From positions 485,751 through 538,209 of the forward strand of contig NC_057720.1 in NCBI RefSeq assembly GCF_004010195.1: a DNA stretch of 52,459 nucleotides, written 5' to 3'. Below, piece after piece: positions 35,278-47,270 of the stretch (within the stretch, counting starts at the first letter, position 1; each line of letters starts with the position of its first letter). The stretch comes from Chiloscyllium plagiosum. Its lineage: Eukaryota. The position numbers and the translations under genes are program-made. A model generated the notes under the pieces. The model was not told where the DNA came from. It saw only the letters and a list, made by a program, of their open reading frames with translations, and made no database searches.

Positions 35278-36445
35278 ACCAACTTAATCATTTCAGTACA
35301 TCAGTCCTACCATCGCAGGCATCAATCTGGTAAACCTTTGCAGCACTCCCTGTAGAGCAAAAGCATCCTTGATCAAATACAGAGACGAAAACTGCACGCA
35401 GTATTTAAGGTGGGTCTTCATTCCTTGTTCCTGTATTCAAATTTTCTCACTACTCTGAGGAGGCCTCAGTGAACATTTCCCTCTCTCAATTTACAGTTAA
35501 ACAATAATCTGTCTTTCTGTAGTTGCTCCCAAAGTGGATAACCTTACATTGATCCATATGAAATTGTAGCTGCCATGCATCTGCCCACTCCCTCAGCCTG
35601 TGCAACATCTCTGCATCCTCCCCACAGCTCACCCTCCCGCCCAGCTCTGTGTATTCTGCACAGGTTCCTCATCTGGACACTGGCGGCTATGACCCAGTGG
35701 GTGTTCCACAGGGGTCAATGCTGGGTCCACTTTTATTTGTCATTTATAGAAATGATTGAGATGAGAATATAGGAGGCATGCTTAGTAAGTTTGTCAATGA
35801 CACTAAAATTTATGGTATAGGAGTGAAGTAGGTTATCTAACATTAGAAAAGGATCTTGATCAATTGGGTTAATGGGCAGAAGAGTGGCAGATGGAGTTTA
35901 ATTTGGGGCTAAATACGATGTATTGCATTTTGCTAAAACAGACAAGGGACAGGACTTATACAGTTAAAAGTAGGGCCCTCAGGAGCGTTGTACAACAGAG
36001 TGCACTGGGTGTTAAAGGCCATACGTCATTGAGGTCTGGGTCACAAGTACACAGGATGATTAAGGAGGTGTTTAGCACACTTGCCTTCATTGCCCAGACC
36101 TTTGAGTAAAGGAGTTGGGATATCATGTTGAGATTGTACAGGCCTCTTCTGGAATACTGTGTCCAGTTCTGGTCACCCTGTTATAGGAAAGATGTTGATC
36201 TGGAGAGGATTCAGAAGAGATCTCTCAGGATGTTGTTGGGAATGGACGGTCTGAGTTAGAAGGAGAGGCTGGATCGGCTGGGTCATTTTTCACTGGAGCA
36301 GAGAGCTCCCTTATAGAGGTTTATAAAATCATGAGGGGTATGGATAAGGTGAATGGCAGGTGTCTTTTCCCCAGGGTGGGGAAATTCAGGATTAGGAGCA
36401 TATTTTTAAGGTGAGAGGAGAAAGATTTAAAAAGGACATGAGAGT

Positions 36446-36759
36446 GGGCGGCACGGTGGCACAGTGGTTAGCACTGCTGCCTCACAGCGCCAGAGACCCG
36501 GGTTCAATTCCCGCCTCAGGCGACTGACTGTGTGGAGTTTGCACGTTCTCCCCGTGTCTGCGTGGGTTTCCTCCGGGTGCTCCGGTTTCCTCCCACAGTC
36601 CAAAGATGTGCAGGTCAGGTGAATTGGCCATGCTAAATTGCCCGTAGTGTTAGGTAAGGGGTAAATGTAGGGGTATGGGTGGGTTGCGCTTCGGCAGGGC
36701 GGTGTGGACTTGTTGGGCCGAAGGGCCTGTTTCCACACTGTAAGTAATCTAATCTAATC
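36446..36759 (+). mobile_element. HE1-type V-SINE, full length, young subfamily
   Basis: A box TGGCACAGTGG, B box GGTTCAATTCC, V-domain and (TAATC)n tail. Confidence 0.95.
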
Positions 36760-37459
36760 ACAACTTTATTTAACACATCTGGCTCGTGTGTGGAATGGGC
36801 TTCCAAATGTGCTGGATGTGGGTACAGTCATGTTTAAAAGACATTGTTAAGAACATGAATAAAAAATGTTTGGAGGATTATGGTCCAAGTGGAGGCCAGT
36901 GGGACTGGTTCAATTTAGGATTCTGGTCAGCACAGACTGGTTGGTCCGAAGGGTCCTTTTCCATGCTGTATGACTCTATTGAAATCATTAACATTGGAAT
37001 GACAGCACTGTTCTCAGCGAGACACACCCAGCTCATGGGCTGAACCAGACTCTATCTGCAGGTTTTCTCCTCGCTGACTTCACTCTCCCACACTTGACAC
37101 CTACATTTCATTGTCTTTTGGCACCTTGCCCCTCAGCAAGTGATACCAATCTCAAACTGCTGCTGCCTAGCTGTGCTTTTTCACATAGACAGAACACCAG
37201 GGAACCTTTCCTGATTGTCAGCTCTCCTCAGTCAAGGTACGGGCGTTAGTCTTTGCTCACTGGGTCCCAACATGTTCAGCCCAGGGCAGCATCTGAAAGC
37301 AGTCCGGAGGCTTGGACATGGCCAGGCAGCTGCCTGAAGTGTTCAGAGTCAGGAAACTCTCCTGCTCAGTGATAAGGGGGCTGAATGGAGGGAAGCCTAT
37401 AACCCAACATGACTCTTTCTGCTATTTTCCTCCTACAATTATTTTTCTCTGGTCCATTC

Positions 37460-37740
37460 ACTGGATGAGGGCATCGATGACTGGACTGACATTTATTACC
37501 CAACCCTAATTGCCCAGAGGGCAGTGAAGAGTGAACGCCATTGCTGTAGGTCTGGAGACACATGTAGGCCTCACCAGGTAACAGTTGCCAATTCTGATCA
37601 TTAACCAAAGATCCCTAATGAAATATATGGAAATTGGATGTAGACATAACAGGATTTCATTTGTATTTGTTGATGAGATGGGGGTATCTCTGGCTAGGCC
37701 AGCATTTATTGACCATCCCTGAACACGACCAATTAGGGAT
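37460..37740 (-). mobile_element. SINE-B fragments
   Basis: CATTTATTACCCAACCCTAATTGCCCAGAGGGCAG...GGTCTGGAGACACATGTAGGCC. Confidence 0.65.
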
Positions 37741-37950
37741 GTGTAATACAGCTGGCTTAGCCAGTGAAACTCTCGAGAACCGTAGATGCCTTGAGGAGTC
37801 ACCCATACTGCTGCACATCTAAATGATGATCACTACAGTCAACAAGACTGTTGTCACTCAGTGTATGTTATGGGTAAATAGTGAGAGTGGGGGAGGATGA
37901 GCATTGGTGGGAGGTGGGTGCAGTATCCGAGAGAAGATGGTGGCACTTAC

Positions 37951-38202
37951 CCTGGAGGAGTGGAGAAGGTCATTGACCTTGTTCCTACAGCTCTGGGCAT
38001 TCTTCCAAACACTGAGACTGCACTGACCTGGGGAGGGGGTAACCTCAGACCAGGCTGGGCAGGGTCTGGTGTCCGGGTCTCACCTGCTGGCTCTGGGGGA
38101 GGGGAAATCCCACCAGTGCCCCCACAGCACCCCCCCCCCCCCATCCAGCAGGAGCCCAGGACCCTGCCTGCACAGGGATACCAATCTCCCTCTGTCTGCC
38201 AT
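37951..38202 (-). pseudogene. Frameshifted Myb/SANT-like exon, probably from a PIF/Harbinger transposon
   Basis: Joining frames gives MADRGRLV...LLLDG...QTLP/AWSEVT/QVSAVSVF/KNAQSCRNKVNDLLHSSR, followed by a GTAAGT donor. This fits the W-x-E-V...C-R-x-K-x-N-D-L Myb/SANT pattern. Confidence 0.55.
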
Positions 38203-38559
38203 GTCTGGGATCAATCTCAGGAACCATGCTCCAGACCGACAGACCCTGTCTAGGGGGTACTACAGGCTTTTAAGGATGGCCCAAGGCACGTGGGATGTGA
38301 CTGTGTTCAGAATAAGATCTTGTTTGCTGCTGCTCAGCCCAGTCGATATTGCTGTGCTGTGTAAGGCTTTCCTCCTCAGTGTTTATCAGGTCAGTGGGAA
38401 TGGACTGCCTTGTGACCAGGTTGTGTGTATGTGCCCAGGTTGGGGGACCCAGCCTGTTTCCCCATCTCTTTAGTACAGGTAGCAGGTGGTGCAGCTCCTC
38501 TGATCTTTAACTGGTTGGTATAATAACTGGTTAGTGCCCTAATTAGTCATGGGCTGTAT

Positions 38560-39548
38560 GCTAAGGTGATAAGGGATAGGATTTATAATCCTCAAGAAAG
38601 GAATAAGTTGATTAGGAATAGTCAACACCGTTTTGTGAAAGGTACGCCGTGCCTCACAAACCCTATTGAGTTCTTTGAGAAGGTGACCAACAGGTAGATG
38701 AGGGTAAAGTGGTTGATGTGGTGTATATGGATTTCAGTAAGACATTTGATAAGGTTCCACACGGTAGGCTATTGCACAAAATACAGAGACACGGGATTGA
38801 GGGGGATTTAGTGGTTTGGATCAGAAATTAGCTAGCTGAAAGAAAACAGAGGGTGGTGGTTGATGGGAAATGTTTATTCTGGAGTTCAGTTACTAGTGAG
38901 GTACTGCAAGGATCTGTTTTGGGCCACTGCTGTTTGTCATTTTTATAAATGACCTGGATGAGGGCATAGAAGGATGGGCTAGCTTTTATTGGTAGAGCGA
39001 CTGAGTTTTGGAACCATGAGGCCATGTTGCAGCTGTACAAAACTTTGGTGCAGCCGCACTTGGAGTATCGTGTACAGATCTGGTCACTGCATTATAGGAA
39101 GGTTGTGGAAGCTTTGGAAAGGGTTCAGAGGAGATTTACCAGGATGTTGCCTGGTATGGATGGAAGGTTCTATGAAGAAAGACTGAGGGATTTGATGCTG
39201 TTTTTGTTAGAGAGAAGACGTTTGAGAGGTGACTTAGTTGAGACATATAAGATAATCAGAGAGTTAGATAGGGTGGACAGTGAGAGCCTTTTTCTTTGGA
39301 TGGTGATGACTAGCACGAGGGGACATAGATTTAAATTGAGGGGTGATAGATATAGGACAGATATCAAATGGCCTGCCTACAACAGTAGTAGACTCACCAA
39401 CTTTAAGGGCATTTAAATGGTCACTGGATCAACATATGGATGAAAATGGAATAGTGTAGGTTAGATGGGCTTCAGATTGATTTCACAAGTCGGTGCAACA
39501 TCGAGGGCCGAAGGGCCTGTACTGCGCTGTAATGTTCTATGCTCTACA
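38560..39548 (+). mobile_element. CR1 3' part with an internal deletion near 38982
   Basis: RT motifs run to INDLDEGIEGW and then jump to the FIGRA..F region, so FADD is missing. 3' tail present. Confidence 0.9.
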
Positions 39549-39984
39549 TCTGCTATTCCTGACTGTTCAACTCTCTCACATTAGTCACTAATGCATACAG
39601 TTCCTCACTGAATGTGAAACATGGGAGGATTCTGTGATCACAGGCCCTATATGAATGCATGTCCTTGTCACATCAATCTCTTGCCATCAACACCCACCAA
39701 AATAGAAATGGATTCACTTTGATGGGAAGCTTTTAAGTCCCTCTTGCAAAGGGATCAAGCAGAGTTTCTGAGCTCTGGATTGTGAGCACATGCTCTGTAA
39801 TGTTTCCTGCTGGCTGCGATGGTAGGAATCTCGAAGGAATACCTGGGCTGGGAATGTGTAATAGTTAGGGAAAGTGAACTGGCTGGAACTGCTCTGAACT
39901 GGTGACTGAGCCAACAGAGATGTTAAAATTCTATCAGAGCTCGGTATGGAAATATAGAAAATAATGTTCCCACTCTTTTTTGCT

Positions 39985-40320
39985 CGCTTTTGGGATGTGG
40001 CCATCATTGATTGGGCCAGCATTTATTGCCCATCCCTAATTGCCCAGAGGAGTGACAATCACATTGCTGCAGGTTTGAAGTTACATGTCAGCCAGAGCAG
40101 GTAATGTACTTCCCTTTACAACATTAATGAACCAGGTAGGTTTTCCAACACTCGACAATGGTGTCATGGTGATCATTAAACTCTTAATTTCAGATTCTTT
40201 ACTGAATTCAAATCCCACCATCTATTGCTGTGAGATTGAAACCTGGATTCCCAGAACATTACCAGGGTCTCTTTCTGGATTAATAGTCTAGCGATAATAC
40301 CATTAGGCCATCACCTCCTC
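39985..40320 (-). mobile_element. SINE-B, near full length
   Basis: Tail CCAGCATTTATTGCCCATCCCTAATTGCCC near 40017 and tRNA-like head near 40235-40315. Confidence 0.75.
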
Positions 40321-40472
40321 CTCTCTGGGAATCTAAAACCTAGAATAACTAAAAAATTATTACAAACAAATCCAATCAGGATTCAGGACAACTGCCTTCA
40401 CTCAGAGTGTGTGCAGCATTATGATTCGACATTTTTATCATATTAAAGCTGAGTAACAAATATTGGCCAAGC

Positions 40473-40713
40473 CAGTAACACCCCAACCCAGGAACAACCC
40501 AACCCAGGAACACACCAACCCAGGAACACACCAACCCAGGAACAAACCAACCCAGGAACAAACCAACCCAGGAACACACCAACCCAGGAACAAACCAACC
40601 CAGGAACAAACCAACCCAGTAACACACCAACCCAGGAACAAACCAACCCAGTAACACACCAACCCAGTAACACACCAACCCAGGAACACCCCAACCCAGG
40701 AACAAACCAACCC
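40473..40713. repeat. 16-bp minisatellite (AACCCAGGAACAMACC), about 15 copies
   Basis: Periodicity is directly visible. Confidence 0.95.
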
Positions 40714-41259
40714 AATGTGGATCTTGCTCCCCAGTTGACTGGTTGAAGTGAATAATGATGATCAATTGAAGGGCAAACTAGATAAGCTGACTGGCTGAAT
40801 GGCCTGTTAACGTGCTAGCAATACTCTGTAATAACAAGAGACATTGGGTTTTGGATGGAAAGGTTGCAGTAGGTTTGATTTGTAAAGTTGAGCAGAGGAT
40901 GTTGCAGACAAGGCTGTTATATTCACGTGTTGTTGAGTCAGGGAGCGATGTAGGGCTGGCCTTTCACTGCTCAGTGTATTACAGTAATATTCTTCCTGTT
41001 CCATTTTGAGAACATTCCAAACACCAACTGTTTCAAGCAAGGATAGGAAGTGCATTGAATTCCTCTGGGACTTCCTGTTATTCAGTTTATGTCCTCTCTG
41101 GCTCACTATTTGATCCCACTGTGACTCCTGACTCCAACTGCGCCTCTCCTGAAACCCTCACCAGGGTCCGAGACAGAAACCATCACCCCCTTCACCATTG
41201 TTAATATCTCCCTTCCCCCATCCCTCCCCTTGCTGAAAAGGGAAGGTGGGGGTGGGGCT

Positions 41260-41590
41260 GGACTGTTCACCCAGAGACGCAGCTAATGTTCTGGAGACCT
41301 CAGCTCCAATTCTGCCATGTGAGATGGTGGAATTTCAATCTAATAAAAACCAGGAACTAAGAGTTTAATGATGACTGTGAAACCATTGTCGATTGTTGGA
41401 TAAAACCCATCTTGTTCATTAATGTCCTTTAGGGAAGGAAACTGCCATCCTTACCTGGTCTGGCCTACAAGTGACTCCAGACCCATAGCAATGTAGTTGA
41501 CTTGTAACTGCCCTCTGGGTAATTAGGGATGGGCAATAAATGCTGACCCAGCCAGTGACATCTGTGTCCCATGAATGAATTAAATAAAAC
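41260..41590 (+). mobile_element. SINE-B, near full length
   Basis: Degenerate head, core nearly identical to the 4290 copy, and tail ending CCCATGAATGAATTAAATAAAA. Confidence 0.8.
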
Positions 41591-41989
41591 TCCACAGTCT
41601 CTCAAAGTCTGCCCCATCACCTCCCCTATCCCCTAAGCCCACTGGTTGTCCATCACCACACTGTTTCTCACCACATTAACATGGAAAACCTTGCTTCCAA
41701 ACCTCTCGGCTTCTCTATCCCTCTGCCTTCTCTTCCCCTCTGTTCCTCTCCTCCTTTCTCTTTTCCCCATTCTATCCCGCACTCTCACTTTCTACCACTT
41801 GTTTCCCTCTGTCTTCAGTTTGTTGTAGAAAATAGAACATAGAACAGTACAGCACAGTACAGGCCCTTCGGCCCTCGATGTTGTGCTGACTTTTTATCCT
41901 AATTTAAGATCAGACTAACCTCCATACCCTTCATTTTACTACCATCTATGTGCCAATCCAAGACTCGCTTGAATGTCCCTACTGACTCT

Positions 41990-42110
41990 TTGGGCCTGGT
42001 CCACTCGAGAGCTCCCATTGGGCGAGGCCTGCCCGAGAGCTCCCATTGGGCGAGGCCTGCCCGAGAGCTCCCCATTGGACCAGGTCCACCTGAGAGCTCC
42101 CATTGGGGCA
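41990..42110. repeat. 28-bp GC-rich tandem repeat (GAGAGCTCCCATTGGGCGAGGCCTGCCC), about 4 copies
   Basis: Two exact and two diverged copies, next to a CR1 3' tail (41830-41985, minus). Confidence 0.85.
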
Positions 42111-42659
42111 ATTTGTTGGAACCATTCAATACCCTGCCGGGACTCTACAGAACTCACTGGACTGAGTGTGATTGAGGGAAGCCGTGAGTGGGGGATTCTC
42201 TAATGAGAAGGGGCTCCTGTCTTCAACCAGATAGAGTTTCTTGCAAGGTTTGCAAACAGCTACAAGTTAGACGTATGTGACAGGTATTGCTACCGAGACG
42301 ATGAGGGGGGCCTGGATGTTGGGTCTTACTCCTTGAAGATCTCCCACTGGACTATGTGGCCTCATGATGCTGAGTGGTGCTTAATGCACTCAGTATTAAC
42401 ACTTTCAGACCATGACACCCTTATACCGCATACATCAATCCTTGTTGTAAGTCTGTAGTTCATACCCCCATGGACAATAATCAGAATGTTCTGCAGTCAC
42501 TCCTTGACACCGGGAAAGACATCACACCATCCTGGATTTATCTCTGCAGTTGGAGAAATTCCAAGAGTTACAGTACTCATGGGAGTAGATTAAAAAGTGG
42601 GACCTTGAACCTTGTAATCTCTGGATGATCTTGGTATTATTCCCAACAAAATAAAAATG

Positions 42660-43445
42660 GGAGAGTAGAGCAGCTGAAGAGTCGGTGCAGGAGGGAGGGT
42701 TTTAGATTCCTGGGTCACTGGGACTGTTTCTGGGGAAGGTGGGAGCTGAACAAGGGGGCAGTCTGCACTTGAACCAGAACATCACCAAAATCCTTACGGT
42801 GGGGTTTGCCAATTGGGGGAGGGGATACAGAGTGTTAGGGCAATGGCGTCACAGCATACTTTAGTAAAGGAACCACAGCGAGGGAGTTCAGTCACATTGA
42901 GATTCAAGGCAGTAAGGTGAGGCTGGATGGCCTGTACTTTAATGTGAGGAGTATTATTGGTCAGACAGATGGGTTAAGGGCGTGGATTGACACATGGAGT
43001 TGTGATGTTGTTGCCATCACAGACATGGCTGAGGGAGGGGCAGGACTAATTACCCAACATTCCAGGGTACGGGATTTTCAGGCAGGACAGGGGAGGGTGT
43101 AAAAGATGAGGAGGAGTTACATTATTAATTAAGGAGTTAGTGACTGCAGTAAGGAGGAGAGGTCCATTGGAAGGGTCATTAATTGAGGCTTTGTGGATAG
43201 AATTTAGGAATAAGCAGAGGCAGACACACTGAAGAGTGTATTATAGATCCCCCCCACCTCACCCCAAACAGTCAGATACAATAGAGGAGCAGATATACAG
43301 ACAATTCAGTGAGGTGTGTTAAAACACTAACAGGGTGATTATATTAGGAGATTTAAACATCTCCAATTGGAGTAGACATAGCATAAATGGTTTAGAGGGA
43401 CAGATTTCTTGAAATGTATTCAAGAGAGCTTTTTATATCAACATG
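42660..43445 (+). mobile_element. Old CR1 ORF1 C-terminus (esterase-like) and ORF2 endonuclease start
   Basis: GFRFLGHWDCFWGRWEL...LHLN followed by GLYFNVRSII...DVVAIT. Confidence 0.75.
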
Positions 43446-43464
43446 TAACAAATGACACAAACTT

Positions 43465-44990
43465 TGCAGATGACACAAAGCAGGGTGGGAGGGTGAGCTG
43501 TGAGGAGGATGTAGAGATGTTGCACAGGTGGAGGGAGTGGGCAGATGCATGCTAGATGCTGTATAATGTGGATAAATGTCAGAAAGTGTGCAAAAATGGG
43601 AAGTAGATTATTGTTTGAATGTCTGTAAAATCAAGAGAGGGGAATGTTCACCAACATCTGGGTGTCCTTATTCACCGGTCACTGTAAGTTAATGTCCAGG
43701 TGCAGCAGGCAGTAGAGCAGGTAAACTGTATGTTGTCCTTCATAGTGAGAGGGTTCGAGTATAGGAGCAAGGATGTCTTGCTACAAGATAGAGGGCCACA
43801 CCTGGAATATTGTGGAGAGTTTTAGTCTCCTTATCTGAGGATGTTGTTGCTGTAGAAGGACTAAAGTGAAGGGTTACCCGACTGATTCCTGGGATGAACA
43901 GTGTAGTGCTAGAAAAGCACAGCCGGTCAAGTAGCATCCGAGGAGGAGGAGGAGAGTCAATGTTTCGGGCATTAGCCCTTCATCAGGAATGAGACTTGTG
44001 GGCCAAGGGCTGGGGGGAGTGGGGGGGGGGGGGGAGGAAGGTAGCTGGGAATGCGATAGGTGGATGAAGGTGATAGGTCGGAGAGAAGGTGGAGTGGATA
44101 GATGCGAAAGAAGGTGGACTGATCAAGAGGGTGGAGTTGCCAAACTCTAGCCATCCAACGCCTCATCTTTCATCTTGGGACTCTCCAACTACATCAGTGT
44201 AGATGGCACCAGTTTCCACATTTCTCTTATCCCCACTTTATCCAATTCCAACTCAGCACTGCCCTCATGACCTGTCCTAGCTGTCCATCTTCCTTCCCAT
44301 CTCTCCGCTCCACCCTCCTCTCCGACCTATCATCTTCTTCCCCACCTTCCTCAACTTATCACATTCTCAGCTACCTCCACCCCAGCCCCACGCCCCTCCC
44401 ATTTATCTCGCAGCCCCCATGGGACACCACCCTCATTCCTGATGAAGAGTTTATGCTCGAAACATTGACCCTCCTGCTCCTCAGGTGCTGCCTGACCTGC
44501 TGTGCTTTTGCAGCACCACACTCTTTGACGCTGATCTCCAGCATCTGCAGTCCTCACTTTCTCCTGATTCCTGGGAAGGTAGGACTGAGGTATGAGGAGA
44601 GATTAAGTCGGTTCGGATTGTATTCATTGGAGTTTAGAAGAATGAGGGGGTTTCATAGAAACCTAGGGAACTCTAACAGGACTGGACAGGTTAGATCCAG
44701 GAAGGACATTCTCAATGGTGGGGAAGTCCAGACTCAGGAGTTATTGTTTAAGGAAACGGGATAAGCCTTCAAGGACTGAGATGAGGAGAAATGTCTTCAC
44801 CCAGAGAGTGGTGAACCTGTGGAATCCCCTCCCACAGAAAGTGGTTGAGATCAAAACATTGTGTTTTCAAGGAGGCAGGTCTCACTCTAGTGGCTAAAGG
44901 GATCAAGGGATATGGGGGTGAGGGTATGGGGGAGGGTGAGATTAGGATATTAAGCTCAGTGGTCAGCCATGACCATACTGAATGAGGAAA
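43465..44990 (+). mobile_element. CR1 3' part interrupted by a PLE insertion
   Basis: FADDTK...TRLIPG | insert | LIPGKVGLRYEERLSRFGLYSLEFRR. Confidence 0.85.
43895..44563. mobile_element. PLE-derived inverted element with 13-bp TSD and two hammerhead-like motifs
   Basis: TSD CTGATTCCTGGGA at 43882-43894 and 44564-44576. Motifs at about 43956-43990 (minus) and 44435-44469 (plus). An internal RLIFHLGTLQ resembles the PLE ORF C-terminus. Confidence 0.8.
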
Positions 44991-45129
44991 CTGGACAGAG
45001 GTTCAAGGTGGCAGTGGGAAAGCAATTTAGCAACAACTACACCCCATCCACATTACGTTTCAGAATCAGAAGGAAAGAGTTGGTCTGCAAAACAGAGTTT
45101 TGGATTTGTTAAAATAAAGTCGAATCTAT

Positions 45130-46510
45130 TAAAGTAGACTAGGAAAACGCTTCCGTGTAAATCTACAGCAGATTTAATCAGGTATATTCAGCATGGCATT
45201 GTCAGAGGGAGGTCTGGAATTTTTTGAAGAGGTGACCAAGTGTTTGGATAGGGTAGGACAGCTGATGTAGTTTATCTGGATTTCAGCAAGGCATTTGACA
45301 AGATCCCATATGGGAGACTAACACAGAGGTAAAAGCTCATGGGATCCAGGGTAACTTGGTTAAAATGGATCCAAAATTGTCTTAGTGACAGGAGACAAAG
45401 GGTGATGGCGGGAGGCTGTTTGTGTAACTGGCACCCGTTGTGCAGTGGTGTACCACAGGGATCACTGCTGGGTCCCTTATTATTTGTGATATTCATAAAC
45501 ATTGGAAATGGGAATGTGGGGAAGATGGTAATTAAGTTTGAGGATGCCACAGAGATTATCTGGGTGGTTGGCGGTGAGGAGGAAGGTGTTCAGTTTACAG
45601 GAGCATATAAACTGATTGGTCAGATGGAGTTTAACACGGATAATTGTGAGGGATGTATTTTGGAAGAAAAAACAAGACAAGGGAATACTCAATGTATGGC
45701 TGGACACAGGATGCTCAGAGAAACACAGGGATCTTGGGGTGTTCATCCACAAATCATTGAAGGTGGCAAGACAGGTTAAATAGTTAAGAAAGCACATGGT
45801 ACACTTTACCATTTGAGCCGTAGATGATAAGAGCAGGGAGGTCATGCTGGAACTGTACAGGCCACAGCTGGAGTACGGTGTGCAGTTCTGGTCCCCACAC
45901 GATACGGTACACTTTACCATTTGAGCCATAGATGATAAGAGCAGGGAGGTCATGCTGGAACTGTACAGGCCACAGCTGGAGTACGTTGTGCAGTTCTGGT
46001 CCCCACACGATAGGAAGGATGGGATTGTGCTGGAGGGGGGGGCAGTGGAGATTCACCAGGATACTGCCTGGGATGGAGTATTTCAGTGATGAGGAGAGGC
46101 GAGATCAGCTCGGGGTGTTTGCTTTGGACCAGAGAAGGCTGGGGGTGGGGGGGGGACCTGATGGAGGTGTCTGAGGTTATGAGGGGCATGGACACGGTGG
46201 ATTGAAAGCAGCTTTTCCCCTGAGTCCAAGGGTCAATAACAAGGGGGCATCATTCTAAAGTGAAAGGCAGGAGGTTTAAAGGTGATTTCAGGAAAACCAT
46301 TTTCAGAGGGTGGTGGGGGTCTGGGAAGGTAGTTAAGGAGGGAAAACCTCACAACCTTTAAAAAGGTACTTGAACAAGCACTTGAAATGTAATAACATTC
46401 AAGGTGATCGGCCCAGTGCAGGAAAGTGGGTCTAGTGTAATTTAGTGTAATTTTGGCAGGATAGACTAGATAGGCCAAAAGGCCTCTGCTGTACTGTATG
46501 ATTCTCTGTT
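45130..46510 (+). mobile_element. Old CR1 3' part with a 108-bp internal tandem duplication
   Basis: GVPQGSLLGPLLF motif. Duplicated copies at 45798-45905 and 45906-46012. Confidence 0.85.
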
Positions 46511-47057
46511 CCTGTGGATATTGCAGCTGGCTTTAACACTGTCATGTGTGTAATATTTTGTGACAGGCTGGAGGGATTTTGGATGATTCATATTCACTGG
46601 AAAATGGTGAGTGCTGTGGATGTGCAGAGGCTGGGGAATGTCTTAGTTCCTGTGGTCAGTGAAATCATCACTGCTGTACACAGATAGTCAGAGAGTTTCA
46701 CATCTGTTTCCCATCAGATATCAGGTTCAACACGAACACAGTCAGGAAGATTCTCTCAAAAATACACAGCAGAAATAGGCAAGAGGCTTGAGAAACCACA
46801 CATGGAACATAAATGCACCAAGAATGTTCCCCAGTCCAGAGAGCAGGTGAAATGAAGTCAGCACTGTCAGTGCAGTCATGAGGAACACTGCCCTTGGACA
46901 GTGCTCAGGCCCAGGCTGCAGTCCTCCAGGCCTGGCTTTAATCCTGCTCCAATAGAGATGTCCCTTTGTTGTCCACCTGAGGGGACTGCTCACACAGAAC
47001 CCAGCTTCCCACTGAGACCAGCTCACTGGAATGATTACAGAGAAACAAGAGGGATGC

Positions 47058-47270
47058 CTTGCATTTCTATAGCACCTTCCACTAACTTGCATAAACCCAA
47101 AATATTTCACAACTTTTACTGTAGCTTATAAAGTGTAGCCACTGATGTCATGCCTAAAAATGTAGGGAACGGCACCCAATTTCTGCACAGCAAGATCCCA
47201 CAAACAGTAATGTGATAATCACCAGGCAGCCCGTTTTAGCAACAGAGTGAATGACGAGTATTGGTCAAGT
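47058..47270 (-). mobile_element. DeuSINE-like relic (AmnSINE1/SacSINE1 group), 3' part
   Basis: Minus strand reads ATTATCACATTACTGTTTGTGGGATCTTGCTGTGCAGAAATTGG...AAGGTGCTATAGAAATGCAAG, matching my recollection of the DeuSINE 3' region. Confidence 0.6.

Larger units (their letters stand above)
34580..36980. mobile_element. Old CR1 fragments (minus about 34580-35690, plus about 35690-36980)
   Basis: GVPQGSMLGPLL, WQMEFN and LEYCVQFWSP-like motifs with 3' UTRs. Confidence 0.8.

Noticed and set aside
36446..36520. tRNA gene
   Set aside because: The A/B boxes belong to a SINE head that continues into the V-domain and CR1-like tail. The same applies to the other copies.
40376..40765. Hydrophobic Trp/Gly-rich ORFs resembling membrane proteins
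   Set aside because: Translations of the 16-bp repeat.
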